A DNA stretch of 64,000 nucleotides, taken from Verrucomicrobiota bacterium. GTDB taxonomy: Bacteria; Verrucomicrobiota; Verrucomicrobiia; Verrucomicrobiales; DEV007. Where the stretch lies: contig JASFYY010000054.1 of assembly GCA_045046875.1 (NCBI GenBank), positions 24,901 to 88,900 of the forward strand, read 5' to 3'. Below the pieces are notes generated by a model, which was not told where the DNA came from, ran no database searches, and was given only the letters and a program-made list of their open reading frames with translations. Positions 39,490-49,736 of the stretch are shown piece by piece. Position 1 is the first letter of the stretch; every line of letters begins with the position of its first letter. A program made the translations under genes and the position numbers.

Positions 39490-42456
39490 ATGAAAAATAA
39501 ATTATCACTTGTTTTGAAATCGTCGTTGCTGCTCGTATTGAGCTTGGCTTTGTTGGGGGGCTGCCGTGAGGCTGGTGAAAAAAATGCTTTACCACAAACG
39601 CAGGAGAAGGAGGAGGCGAAAACCACGCAGCATGAGAAGGGAGAAACGGGTGCGATAAAGGCGAGTGTGGCGGAGCCGATCCCGTTGGCCCAGGAGAGCA
39701 GTGATGTCAAAGCTGACCCAGCGGTGAAATGGGGTGTTTTGGAAAATGGTATGCGTTACGCCATCATGAAAAACGCGGAGCCCCCCAAGCGGGTGAGCAT
39801 GCGTTTGTTTGTTGATGCGGGTTCGCTGATGGAGCACGACAACCAGCAGGGACTGGCTCACTTTCTGGAGCACATGGCGTTTAATGGTTCGAAGCATTTC
39901 CCAGCTGGTGAGATGGTCGAGTATTTCCAGCGCCTGGGCATGGCTTTTGGAGCGGACACCAATGCTCATACTGGATTCAAAGAGACGGTGTATAAATTGG
40001 AAATGCCGGATTCGAGTCCTGAGCTGTTGTCGCAGGGCTTCCAGTTGATGCGCGATTACGCGGATGGGATGTTGCTTGGCGGGCCGGAGATCGATAAAGA
40101 GCGCGGAGTGATCATGAGCGAAAAACGCACCCGGGACTCGGTGGGTTGGAGGACTTTTGTGGCACAGTTACAGTTCATTCTGCCGGAGGGATTGATCAGC
40201 CAACGACTGCCGATTGGTAAAGCCGAAGTGATCAGCAACGCGCCGCGTGAGCGTTTTGTTGAGTTTTACAAAAAGTGGTACACTCCTGACCGGATGGCCT
40301 TCATTGTGGTGGGCGAAGTGGATGAAGCGGAGATCGAGGCACAGATCAAAAAATACTTCACAGATTTGAAGCCGGCGGAAAAGAAAATGGCGGAGCCGGA
40401 TCTTGGAAAGCTGGCCAGCAGGGAATTGGCGGTGCATTTTCATCCGGAGTCGGAAGCGGGGGAGGTTTCGGTATCGATCGATACGATGAAACCTGCCAAG
40501 GATACCGAGGATACGCTTGAGCACCGAGCGCGGGATTTGAGATTGATGCTGGCTAATCGTATTATTTCCAGACGACTGGGGATCTTGGCCAAAAAAGAGG
40601 GTTCGGCGATTTTGAGCGGAACGTCACACAGCTACGATCTCTACGATCTAGGTTTTGTTCGCTACGCGTCGATTGGAGTGGAGTGTCGTCCGGAGAATTG
40701 GCAAAAGGCACTACAGACGGCCGATCAGGAACTGCGACGGGCGTTGCAGTTCGGGTTTACCGCGGCGGAGCTGAAAGAATCCAAAGCTAATGTGAAAGAA
40801 AAATTCTCGCAGGCGGCGAAGTCGATGGGGACACGGAAGTCGCGGGTTTTATCCAGTGCGATTGCCAGTCGGATTGGCAGCCGCGAGGTGTTCACTAATC
40901 CTGCGGATGATCTGGTGTGGGCAAAAGCTGAGTTGGAAAAAATAACTGCGGACGAGTGTCAGGCTTTGTTGAAAAAAGCCTGGACGGATAATCAGGAAAC
41001 TTTGGTGATGGTGACGGGCAATTTGGAGCTTGAAAATGCGGACACGGTTATTCTGGATGCTTATAAAGAGAGCCAGTCGGTGGAGGTCGAGGCTCCGGTG
41101 GTGATCGAGGACAAGGCTTTTGCCTATGGTGAGTTGCCTGAGCCTGGTAAGGTCGCCAAAAAAACGGTGATTGAGGACTTGGAGGTGACACAATTGATTT
41201 TGGAGAATGGCGTGCGGGTTAATTTGAAAGTGACGGATTTTGAAGATCAGACGATTCACGTGAAAGCGAGGTTTGGAGGCGGGCGTCTGGTTGAGCCGAA
41301 AGACCAGCCTGGTTTGGCCTTTTTTGCCGGCAGCACTTTTTCAGATGGAGGCCTGGGCGCGCATGACATTGACCAGATCCGTCGTTTGTATGCAGGCATC
41401 ACGGCATCGGCGAGATTCGGGGTGGAGGACGATTCGTTTGCGATGAGCGGCAAGACCAATTCGGATGACTTGCATCAGCAATTGTTGTTGCTGAGAGCCT
41501 ACTTCACCGATCCAGGTTTTCGTCCGGAGGCGGCGGTTTTGTTCCGGAGAGGTTTGGACCAGATTTATCAGCAGATCAAGCGCACCCCGCAGGGTGTGAT
41601 GCAAAGCAAGGTCAGTCAGTTTTTGCACGGAGGGGATTCTCGCTTTGGGTTTCCGGCGAAGGAAGAGATGGAAAAACTTTCGGAGCATGATGTGCAGCAG
41701 TGGCTGCAAAAGCCGCTTGCCAGTGCGTATTTGGAACTCACTGTGGTGGGGGATTTTGAGATGGGAAAAATGATCGACGAGGTGCTGGCCACTTTTGGTA
41801 ATTTACCAAAACGGGATAAGGAAAAACCGGATTATGCCAAGCAGCGCAAAGTGAGTTTCCCTGAAGCAGATGATGTGCAGATTTTCAAAGTGGAGACAGC
41901 GATCCCCAAGGCCATGCCATTGGTGTATTGGCCGACGGAGGATATCTGGGATATCAAACGCACCCGCCGTTTGAGTGTATTGTCGCTGGTGCTGGATGAC
42001 CGTTTGCGCAAAAAAGTGCGTGAAGAATTGGGCGATGCTTACAGTCCTTTTGCTCACAATTTGCCTAGCGATGCGTTCAAGGGTTATGGTTATTTGTTTG
42101 CTTCCGTTACCGCCAAGCCGGATCAGGCAGCGATGTTGATTGATGTGGTGAAGGAGATCGGCAAAGGTTTGTCGGAGGGAACAGTGGATCAGGATGAGCT
42201 GGAGCGGGCTAAAAAACCGCAGATCAACCAGATCGAAGAATACCGTAGAACCAACCGTTACTGGATGAATTCGGTGTTGCAGAGCAGTCAGGAATACCCG
42301 CAACGATTGGACTGGGCACGTAGTTTTATTTCGGATTACCAGGCGATAGGCTTGGACGAGATCAATGAGCTGGCAAAAAAATATCTGACCGAGGATAAAG
42401 CGCTGAGTGTATTGATCGAGCCGAGTGGTGAAGCGCAGGCGGAAGAAAAAAAATAG
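39490..42456 (+). CDS. M16 zinc protease (PqqL-like) lipoprotein
   Basis: Lipobox LLGGC, GLAHFLEHMAFNG (HxxEH), duplicated M16 domains. Confidence 0.93.
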   Translation: MKNKLSLVLKSSLLLVLSLALLGGCREAGEKNALPQTQEKEEAKTTQHEKGETGAIKASVAEPIPLAQESSDVKADPAVKWGVLENGMRYAIMKNAEPPKRVSMRLFVDAGSLMEHDNQQGLAHFLEHMAFNGSKHFPAGEMVEYFQRLGMAFGADTNAHTGFKETVYKLEMPDSSPELLSQGFQLMRDYADGMLLGGPEIDKERGVIMSEKRTRDSVGWRTFVAQLQFILPEGLISQRLPIGKAEVISNAPRERFVEFYKKWYTPDRMAFIVVGEVDEAEIEAQIKKYFTDLKPAEKKMAEPDLGKLASRELAVHFHPESEAGEVSVSIDTMKPAKDTEDTLEHRARDLRLMLANRIISRRLGILAKKEGSAILSGTSHSYDLYDLGFVRYASIGVECRPENWQKALQTADQELRRALQFGFTAAELKESKANVKEKFSQAAKSMGTRKSRVLSSAIASRIGSREVFTNPADDLVWAKAELEKITADECQALLKKAWTDNQETLVMVTGNLELENADTVILDAYKESQSVEVEAPVVIEDKAFAYGELPEPGKVAKKTVIEDLEVTQLILENGVRVNLKVTDFEDQTIHVKARFGGGRLVEPKDQPGLAFFAGSTFSDGGLGAHDIDQIRRLYAGITASARFGVEDDSFAMSGKTNSDDLHQQLLLLRAYFTDPGFRPEAAVLFRRGLDQIYQQIKRTPQGVMQSKVSQFLHGGDSRFGFPAKEEMEKLSEHDVQQWLQKPLASAYLELTVVGDFEMGKMIDEVLATFGNLPKRDKEKPDYAKQRKVSFPEADDVQIFKVETAIPKAMPLVYWPTEDIWDIKRTRRLSVLSLVLDDRLRKKVREELGDAYSPFAHNLPSDAFKGYGYLFASVTAKPDQAAMLIDVVKEIGKGLSEGTVDQDELERAKKPQINQIEEYRRTNRYWMNSVLQSSQEYPQRLDWARSFISDYQAIGLDEINELAKKYLTEDKALSVLIEPSGEAQAEEKK

Positions 42457-42520
42457 CAGAAAAGCCTGTTACTTTTTCTTGCGCATGGGGCAAGGAGAGG
42501 GAATATAAGGTTCCAATTCC

Positions 42521-42609
<89 letters not shown>

Positions 42610-42670
42610 CTACACCGTAAACCTTTGATAATCAACAAAGAGTCTCACTCTGAACGAGTTATGAACCAAA

Positions 42671-44476
42671 ATGGCACACAAAAGTCATACACAAACTGGT
42701 TCAAAAGAGATGCGGAAGATTCGCAATACGACCCTCATTAAGGGGATTTATTATCTAAACATTCGCTACCCAAGCGATCTCGCGAAAGCTGGCTTGGTAG
42801 AGGGTTCCCATCACAAGAAATCACTGGGAACCCGAGACTTTCGGGAAGCGAGGAAACGAGCTGCGAACGAAGAGGCTCTGTTCTGGAGTGAGATGGAGCA
42901 TTTACGCTCTAAAGGAAGCCCCTCAGAGGCTTTGGAGGCATCTTCCCTCATTAAACCCTTCCAGAAGCTATCAAAGGCTCTACAGAGGGATTTTGTATTG
43001 AAGTGCTTCGTTGAGATGGAGCGTTCGGCAACGAAATTTCGCGATAAATATCAGTCAATGGAATCTGGTATTGAAAAAACGGATTTACTCGAAGATCAAC
43101 AGGTGGATCTATTTCACTTCCAAACGAAAGAAGAGGTTATTCGGGTGGATTGGGAGAAGGCGTTAAGGAAGACTTTGGAGAAGGAAGGTATTGCTTTTGA
43201 TGAAGAGCAAAGTTTTGACTGGGGAATCTTGGAGCTTTTTAAAAAGGCTACCATTGAGGTTCAGTGGCGAACCGTTAAAGCCTTGGATGGAGAAGATTTT
43301 GCTTTTCGTGATCGTGAGTTCAAAAATGTTAAAATTTTCAATCATTCAAACGAAAAGCCGAAGGATTCAGGACGGACTTTAGGAGATTTATGCACCGAGT
43401 TTCTGGAGGGGAAGGAGAAATCGAAGAGGAGTGCAAAAACGATGCTCAAATACACTCAAGCGGCGAAGATCGCTAGAGAAGCACTCGGAGGAAATTACAA
43501 ATTGAGTCGCCTTGAGGATGAAGGCTATGAAATTGGGAAAGGCTTGGTGGAGTTTTTGGCAAAGATTCCAACGAAAGCGCATCATAAATATAAAGGGGTT
43601 TCCTTAAAACGAGCAGCGACTCTTGAGGCAAAAAAAACAAATCCAAATTGCCTTAGCCCGAAAAGTCAGAATACTTTATTCATTGTCATAAAAGCAATAT
43701 TTACGTTAGGGCGAAACCTTCGGTGGATTAAATACAATCCGCTGGATGGGGTGAGTGAGTATTTGCCAAAAGTGGAAATTCGGCCTCGTCAGGTTTTTAC
43801 AGGCGAAGAGCTGACCACACTTTTTTCATCGAAAAAATTTCTAAGTCAGAGATTTGCGGAAGGTAGGGAGATGGGAAATAAGGGCAGGTTCTGGACAGTT
43901 CTACTTTGCCTGTTTCATGGCATGAGATTGAATGAAGCGGCATCTCTTCTGATTTCCGACGTGAAGCAACAAGAGGGTATTTGGTTTCTTGATTTGAGTG
44001 AATTTGACGAAAATGGGAATCGGAGGAAGCGGCTCAAAACAAATGCAAGCAGTCGACGAATTCCTCTGCACAAAGAAATCATCGCTATCGGTTTTTTGGA
44101 TTATGTTGATGAACAAAGAGCAAAGGCAGAAGGTGAAGAATTGTTTCCCGATTTGAAATCCAACGCGACGGGGAATAACGGAGCATCCGTTAGCCAATGG
44201 TTCACACGGACTAGAAATCAGATAATCGGCAAGCCTGCTTGTAACGGGGATAAGAGTATTCACTCATTTCGTCATGCTGTGGCTGACGCAATTCGAGAGG
44301 TCACTGAATCTGATGAAATACTTTACGCAATCTGTGGGTGGGGGTCGAACGGAGAAGCAAATTCTTCGAGGAGGTATGGTCGGGGGAGTCTTGCTCGGTT
44401 GAAAAAGGTGATTGATCAAATCCAGGTCGAGGGTTTTGACCCTACGTTTTTGAGGTCAGGTGCAGAGGAGGATTGA
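42671..44476 (+). CDS. Tyrosine integrase with DUF6538-like N-terminus
   Basis: YYLNIRYP...SLGTRD N-terminus. Catalytic set GMRLNE (R), LKT (K), HSFRH, CGW, RRY (Y). Confidence 0.93.
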   Translation: MAHKSHTQTGSKEMRKIRNTTLIKGIYYLNIRYPSDLAKAGLVEGSHHKKSLGTRDFREARKRAANEEALFWSEMEHLRSKGSPSEALEASSLIKPFQKLSKALQRDFVLKCFVEMERSATKFRDKYQSMESGIEKTDLLEDQQVDLFHFQTKEEVIRVDWEKALRKTLEKEGIAFDEEQSFDWGILELFKKATIEVQWRTVKALDGEDFAFRDREFKNVKIFNHSNEKPKDSGRTLGDLCTEFLEGKEKSKRSAKTMLKYTQAAKIAREALGGNYKLSRLEDEGYEIGKGLVEFLAKIPTKAHHKYKGVSLKRAATLEAKKTNPNCLSPKSQNTLFIVIKAIFTLGRNLRWIKYNPLDGVSEYLPKVEIRPRQVFTGEELTTLFSSKKFLSQRFAEGREMGNKGRFWTVLLCLFHGMRLNEAASLLISDVKQQEGIWFLDLSEFDENGNRRKRLKTNASSRRIPLHKEIIAIGFLDYVDEQRAKAEGEELFPDLKSNATGNNGASVSQWFTRTRNQIIGKPACNGDKSIHSFRHAVADAIREVTESDEILYAICGWGSNGEANSSRRYGRGSLARLKKVIDQIQVEGFDPTFLRSGAEED

Positions 44477-44523
44477 GAATTTGCAACCAGTTACAAAAAA
44501 ATAATCGATCATCGAGCTACTTT

Positions 44524-46440
44524 TCACTGAAACCACTCTTCTGGAATTTTGCAATTTTTGCTATTGGGGCTTGGACTTGATTCATGAATTTTTAAATGGA
44601 GAGGCATTGAAACACAATTGCCGAAGACCAAGGCTTCTCCTGGAATAGACTGTTTTATTTTATAAGTAAAATCATCAGAGAAATAGGGAAGTATAGCTTT
44701 GATATAGTTCATGTCCTTCTCATTCTGAATTCTGTGGATAATAAAATTCGCGCATTGAGAAAGCACTGTTTCAGATAGTTCAGAAGGCCTTTGGGAAGAA
44801 ACAAGTAAATAGAATGAATACTTCCTCCCTTCTCTGGCTATTTTTTCAAAAATATTCTCTTTTAGTAAATAGTCATAGTGTTTTTTTATATACCGATGCG
44901 CTTCATCTAAAACCAAGTGAACAGGATTTTTCCTTCTAGCATTGCCGATTAGTTTTTTTCTTTCATCAAAGAGTAATCGTGACGTAACACTAGTAAGCGT
45001 TTCAAGAATATCAGGACTTAATTCGCTTGTATCAATAATAACTAACTGAGATTTTTCATCATCATTACTCCAGAGTTCTTCGATATATTTTTCAACAGAA
45101 TCAATGCCATTTGATTCTCGCATAAACTCACAATCAGGGTTATCTAAAAAATAGTCCAATCGTGTTAGCATGGTTGCCGTGTATCCTCGGATTTGCCTAT
45201 TACCGCGTGCATCTTCTTCCAAAAGGATTAACTCGGCTGCAATTTTTAAAAAACGGTGGTCAAAATATTCACCATTTTTGATTTTTGAATTAATTACTTC
45301 TTGAGCGTGAGTGCTATTTACCTTCTCAAAAACAGTTTTAGTCGCTTGTTCCAGTTCAGCATTGTTTGCGCCATAAGTGATATTACATGCCTCCTGTAAT
45401 GTTCCAATATCGGCCAATAAATCAGAAGAAGCGCTTTCAATGGTCGAGTTGCTTTTAATAATACTCGTTATGCTTCCAAGAATACTTGCAGCTGTTGTAA
45501 TTCTTGCGGTATCAGTATCAGCTTGCCGTAATGTACTAAAAATCAGGTTGCAGATGCGGTATCGAAGATAGTTGATAAATTTAGTCTGCTCATCTATCCC
45601 TGAGTTTCCTATTCGGTAAAACCGATAGCTCTCCTGTAAAACCTTATCCCAAAATGGACGTTGAGTTGCATCCGTAGCCAATAGAAATGCACTCCATTCA
45701 TCCAAAGACAGCAAGAAGTGGGGTAAATAAAAAGGGCTATAGCCATCCACCTCTCCACTGATGTTCGGCTTGTAATATTTGATTAGAATATTTGAATTGG
45801 GATCATTTTCAAACGCTTGATTATATTCACCATTGACATCAAATATAAGTATTCGTGATCCTGTGGCAGAGTGATTTTCTTTCTTGTGAATTTCCTGAAT
45901 AATATGCGCAATGGTATTGGATTTGCCGCTACCTGAATTCCCTAAAATTGCTGAATGAATGTTGAAAAAACTATCTACACTCACATCTATTGGGTAGTTA
46001 ATAAGGTTTTTACTGACACCCAAATGGAATGATTGATGAACCTGATCTTCTCCTATTTGCCTTGGGTCATCATTATTGGTACGCAATATAATTCGCATAT
46101 CCATAAATGTAACAATACTTACATCACTATATAAGCTGGGAAAAATGCCTACACCTAGCGTGAAGCCTTCTTTATTGATTGTGCCAATTGGTTTAAGTAA
46201 TAGCTCCCGATTACTTTCAACATCGAAGGATAATTTTTCTTGATGCAAGTCAGTGTCAAAAATAGATACAACTTCACAGATAATAATCTCTTCGACTGCA
46301 TTGGTAACTTTAAGGTAGCTCCCGATATTGCCGAAATAATAAATATTTCCATGCAGGTTGACCGAGCTGCCTTTAATCAAAGACGATATTTTAACTTTAA
46401 GCTGATTGTAATTTATGCTGGTTATTTTCCCGATCTTCAT
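44524..46440 (-). CDS. herA: HerA-family ATPase of a Sir2-HerA anti-phage system
   Basis: N-terminal HAS-like barrel, Walker A GNSGSGKS, FDVNGEY, LDEAH, REGRKY, SQRPSELS. Confidence 0.92.
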   Translation of the reverse strand: MKIGKITSINYNQLKVKISSLIKGSSVNLHGNIYYFGNIGSYLKVTNAVEEIIICEVVSIFDTDLHQEKLSFDVESNRELLLKPIGTINKEGFTLGVGIFPSLYSDVSIVTFMDMRIILRTNNDDPRQIGEDQVHQSFHLGVSKNLINYPIDVSVDSFFNIHSAILGNSGSGKSNTIAHIIQEIHKKENHSATGSRILIFDVNGEYNQAFENDPNSNILIKYYKPNISGEVDGYSPFYLPHFLLSLDEWSAFLLATDATQRPFWDKVLQESYRFYRIGNSGIDEQTKFINYLRYRICNLIFSTLRQADTDTARITTAASILGSITSIIKSNSTIESASSDLLADIGTLQEACNITYGANNAELEQATKTVFEKVNSTHAQEVINSKIKNGEYFDHRFLKIAAELILLEEDARGNRQIRGYTATMLTRLDYFLDNPDCEFMRESNGIDSVEKYIEELWSNDDEKSQLVIIDTSELSPDILETLTSVTSRLLFDERKKLIGNARRKNPVHLVLDEAHRYIKKHYDYLLKENIFEKIAREGRKYSFYLLVSSQRPSELSETVLSQCANFIIHRIQNEKDMNYIKAILPYFSDDFTYKIKQSIPGEALVFGNCVSMPLHLKIHESSPSPNSKNCKIPEEWFQ

Positions 46441-47627
46441 GAAATAGAATCACCTTTCAAATATTTAATTGAAGATATAAAGGTGTCCAACAAAGTAGTG
46501 TCTATATTCTCATCTGCATTGGGTAGTAATTCCTCGACAATATATTCAAAGTAGTGAATTTTCTTATCTTCCTCATCAGTGCCGAATATGCGATAGATCC
46601 TACTATCCTGAATTTTAGCGAGAGGGCATTCGTTGTATTCACCAAAAATCACAACCGATATTGATGTGTTTGATGCTAAAGCTTGATAGATAATGTTGTT
46701 AAGATGCTCGTCACTAAAACTGTATCCAATAATAAATACCACAGAGTTAGGTTGTGATAATTTAGTTTGAAACTCCCTAATAAGATCAGCGTAGGGTGTT
46801 CCCAAGCTATGTGCCTGCTTTAAAGGTGTTGGAAAAATTAAAACATGGCTTTCTTCTCCTTTAGGATCGCCACCATTAACGGAAACTTCATGGATGTTGA
46901 ATAATGAATTCCCCTCTTGCTCTATCCAGCTAATAGAACCATGCAGCTTGTATAAATATACCATGTTTTCCAATGGCTCGAATTTTTCCAAGTTCGCATC
47001 TATTTTTTTTGAGAATGTGTAATGAAACCTTGCTGGGTTAAAAACTCTTTCAAGCCCCCCGCCAAATCCATTGTTGAAATTTATATTGATTGAATCGAGA
47101 GCTTTTTCATTTAAAAGATCATTGTTGGTTGTAAATACATTGATCCGAGACAGGTCTTTATTTCTTAGTGCTGTTTTTTGATAAAACAGTTTATATAGAT
47201 TTAGGTTTTTCTCAGCCTCTCCACTTGTGAGGTCAATATTAATTTCGGAATACATTGAATCTTCGATATGCTCTATAAGATCCTCAACATTTGAAGTTTC
47301 TCTATCATCGGCACCTGTGATTCCTTGCAAAAAATGTTGTTTAGCATAGAGAATCGTTAGTTTTTCCTCCAAATTATCACTATCGATTTTCTCGTATAGA
47401 TCTTTTATCTCATCATCCAAGGATGCATCAATGCTTTCCGCTATTTTTTTCTGCATGTCTTTCATGCTAGGAATGGCATAAGAACTTGCGCCTGCGCCAA
47501 GAAAAAAGCTAACATTTTTAATATTGGATAATTCAGCTATTTTTTGTTTGATGCTTTTAAGGCTATCTTCACCAGCAATATTTTCACCACCTTGGTAAAA
47601 AAACATTTTCTGTTCATCACTACTCAT
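46437..47627 (-). CDS. SIR2-like NADase of a Sir2-HerA anti-phage system
   Basis: FFLGAGAS, FTTNND, LYKLHGS, IGYSFSDEH. 4-nt overlap with herA. Confidence 0.92.
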   Translation of the reverse strand: MSSDEQKMFFYQGGENIAGEDSLKSIKQKIAELSNIKNVSFFLGAGASSYAIPSMKDMQKKIAESIDASLDDEIKDLYEKIDSDNLEEKLTILYAKQHFLQGITGADDRETSNVEDLIEHIEDSMYSEINIDLTSGEAEKNLNLYKLFYQKTALRNKDLSRINVFTTNNDLLNEKALDSININFNNGFGGGLERVFNPARFHYTFSKKIDANLEKFEPLENMVYLYKLHGSISWIEQEGNSLFNIHEVSVNGGDPKGEESHVLIFPTPLKQAHSLGTPYADLIREFQTKLSQPNSVVFIIGYSFSDEHLNNIIYQALASNTSISVVIFGEYNECPLAKIQDSRIYRIFGTDEEDKKIHYFEYIVEELLPNADENIDTTLLDTFISSIKYLKGDSIS

Positions 47628-47713
47628 TGAATTACCTTCCTATTAAATTGCAGCACTACTTCCAACAGTGCTTCTGATGTCTGTCCATCAGCATCTCGGC
47701 AGTTGGTTTGCAC

Positions 47714-47840
47714 ATATTACGCTAAAGAGCTGTCACTGGCTGCTGGGGGCACGATCCGATTTCGGACTTTAGGTTGCGAGATTTCAATACGCGTCAACTC
47801 GCAGCGGACAGTAGCCTGTTAGTAGCCTCGTCTTGTTCGG
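47714..47840 (-). other. attC-like integron cassette site
   Basis: On the minus strand, CCGAACAAGACGAG starts 3 nt after the upstream stop codon. Imperfect inverted arms over ~127 bp end in a degenerate core CGTAATAT. CCGAAC complements GTTCGG at the cassette start (48644-48639). Confidence 0.65.
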
Positions 47841-47843
47841 AGC

Positions 47844-48044
47844 TTAGCGTCCACAGCAAGGGCAGCCCCCAGAGTTCATCGGGCCGAGATCGACACCAGC
47901 GCGTTTCGCGAATGATTCTTCGAGCACTTTTTGATCGCTAAGATTTGCATCGTAGTAAGCTTGCATTTCCTTCAAGGCTTGAACCTGCTCTACAATTGAG
48001 AGGTTCGTGAAGCCCACATACACTTTTGCTTGTTTTTCGTTCAT
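47844..48044 (-). CDS. Small protein ending in CPCCGR, partner of the upstream CxxC protein
   Basis: 66-aa ORF, 11 nt after the upstream stop, within the same cassette. Confidence 0.7.
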   Translation of the reverse strand: MNEKQAKVYVGFTNLSIVEQVQALKEMQAYYDANLSDQKVLEESFAKRAGVDLGPMNSGGCPCCGR

Positions 48045-48055
48045 AGTTTTTCTTG

Positions 48056-48631
48056 TTAGAAGTTACCGCAGGTGTTGCAGCTTGTTGGTTCCAAGGTCGT
48101 GGGCATTTTGCCGCATGTCGCACACTTTCTCTGAAATTTCCGAAGCGCGGCTCTCATTCCAAGAGCCTTCTCTTTGTCTGTAATGTCTAGTTTTTCGTCG
48201 AGATTAGCTCGCATATCTCCTTCAGTGTCCGCGGCTCTTAACTCGACCTCATACGCGGGACGTTCCAAAGTTGTTGTTGTTGCCAATCGATGTAAATCCT
48301 CGGCAAGGCGGTAATTCGCTGATTTCGATTCGAGGTAGTAAGCAAAATTGTCCTCCCACTTCGATACAAGTGACCATATGGATAGGATTAGTTGTATGAT
48401 CCCCAGAATTCCAGCGATTGTGATTGTTAGACCGACATAGGCCGACTCTGCACCTATGGTTGCGATGATGGCACCTAATGCGGCTGGGACTGCAATTCCA
48501 AGAAATGCCAACGCGCGGAGGCACCACCTCTGCTTGCGTGTTCTGCGCTCGAAAATATAGGCGGTTCCGAATGCGCGGAATGCATTATCCGAACAGCGGC
48601 GTCGATATTCATCTGGGATGGTGTCTTCCAT
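48056..48631 (-). CDS. Mobilome CxxCx(11)CxxC protein (two-TM, SLATT-like)
   Basis: Two TM helices and C-terminal CATC-x11-CNTC. ATG lies 7 nt after the GTTCGG core. Confidence 0.85.
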   Translation of the reverse strand: MEDTIPDEYRRRCSDNAFRAFGTAYIFERRTRKQRWCLRALAFLGIAVPAALGAIIATIGAESAYVGLTITIAGILGIIQLILSIWSLVSKWEDNFAYYLESKSANYRLAEDLHRLATTTTLERPAYEVELRAADTEGDMRANLDEKLDITDKEKALGMRAALRKFQRKCATCGKMPTTLEPTSCNTCGNF

Positions 48632-48638
48632 TTTATTA

Positions 48639-48779
48639 CCGAACAATTTAGTTGAGGAACTCCTACTCTGAATTCGGATTTGTCGAGTTAAGTGGCCTGA
48701 GTAGCAGACTCAACTTCAAGTCGCCTTTGAAGCTCGCGGTGTCACGCTCGATTCTACAAAACTTAATATTCAGGTCAAG
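48639..48779 (-). promoter_or_regulatory. Promoter + attI-like cassette platform, left-facing copy
   Basis: TTGACC-N16-TAGAAT, then AATCGAGCGTGACACCGCGAGCTTCA and TCCGAATTCAGAGTAGGAGT, ending AACTAAATTG/TTCGG. Homologous to 53207-53340. Confidence 0.65.
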
Positions 48780-48890
48780 TTCATTATTGATGCAGGAGCA
48801 TTCTCAATCCCCCACATTTTTTAAAAATTGTGAAGCAAATGAAATGAACGCAAATTCTCAAGCGGCGACCTTGCATTACATATGCCCGAA

Positions 48891-49018
48891 TATGTATTCA
48901 AAAAAACCTCCCTCTGAAAATCGCCCACAGGCCTCATAAGTTTGAAGGAAAAAAACGATCTAGGTGTATTCAAAAAACCATTTGATTATTTGAACACGAT
49001 CGCTAGGTTTTGAATATG
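48891..49018. promoter_or_regulatory. res-like repeats upstream of the serine recombinase
   Basis: TGTATTCAAAAAA at 48893 and 48965, with inverted partners TTTGAACAC (48989) and TTTTGAATA (49008). Confidence 0.6.
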
Positions 49019-49651
49019 CAAGCCAAGCAAATCCCAGTTGCAATTCTAGTTCGTGTCTCAACTTCAAAACAGGAAACTGACCGACAGGTTTTTGAACTTG
49101 AAGCCTACGCAAAGACAAAAGGGTATGAGATTGTCAAAATCTGTAGGGAAGAAATCTCAGGCGCGGCTTCTGAAGATCTGAGAATTGGCCTTTATGAAGT
49201 TGAAGAACTGGCTAGACAGGGAGCAATTCAAAAGGTTTTGGTTCACGAAGTCTCAAGGCTTGCCCGTAAAAACAGTGTGGCTCATGCATTTATTGAGATG
49301 CTTGAAGAGCTTGGAGTGTCCCTTTATTGGCATCAACAAAGTATCGAAACACTTCTACCAAACGGGAAAAGGAATCCTGCCGCCTCTATCATGTTTGCTT
49401 TGCTCGCAGAAATGGCGAGATCTGAGAGAGAGACTCTATCAACGAGAATCAAATCGGGCTTGGAAGAAGCTCGAAGGAAGGGCCGAACTCTTGGAAGGCC
49501 TCAAGGTTCAAAACTCTCTGAAAAAACATTCATCACAAAGCATAGAGATATTTGTCGTCATTTGCGGGGAGGGCAATCGATTAGGAATACTGCAAAGATC
49601 ACAGGGAAAGGCATATCCACGGTTCAACGTGTGAAAGCAGTAATCGCCTGA
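49016..49651 (+). CDS. Small serine recombinase (resolvase/invertase family)
   Basis: VRVSTSKQ (catalytic Ser), EEISGA, EVSRLAR, LGRP.G, C-terminal HTH. Confidence 0.93.
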   Translation: MQAKQIPVAILVRVSTSKQETDRQVFELEAYAKTKGYEIVKICREEISGAASEDLRIGLYEVEELARQGAIQKVLVHEVSRLARKNSVAHAFIEMLEELGVSLYWHQQSIETLLPNGKRNPAASIMFALLAEMARSERETLSTRIKSGLEEARRKGRTLGRPQGSKLSEKTFITKHRDICRHLRGGQSIRNTAKITGKGISTVQRVKAVIA

Positions 49652-49736
49652 TGCATAATCGAACCCATTTTTTTAAAAGGGGGAAACGAAGGAAGGCGGA
49701 CATCGACGCCTATTAGGAGGGAGAGTTTTTTGTAAC

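Noticed and set aside
42671..44476. Integrase as an integron integrase (IntI)
   Set aside because: It is ~600 aa with a DUF6538-like N-terminus, sits at a tRNA att site, and shows no recognisable IntI-specific insertion.
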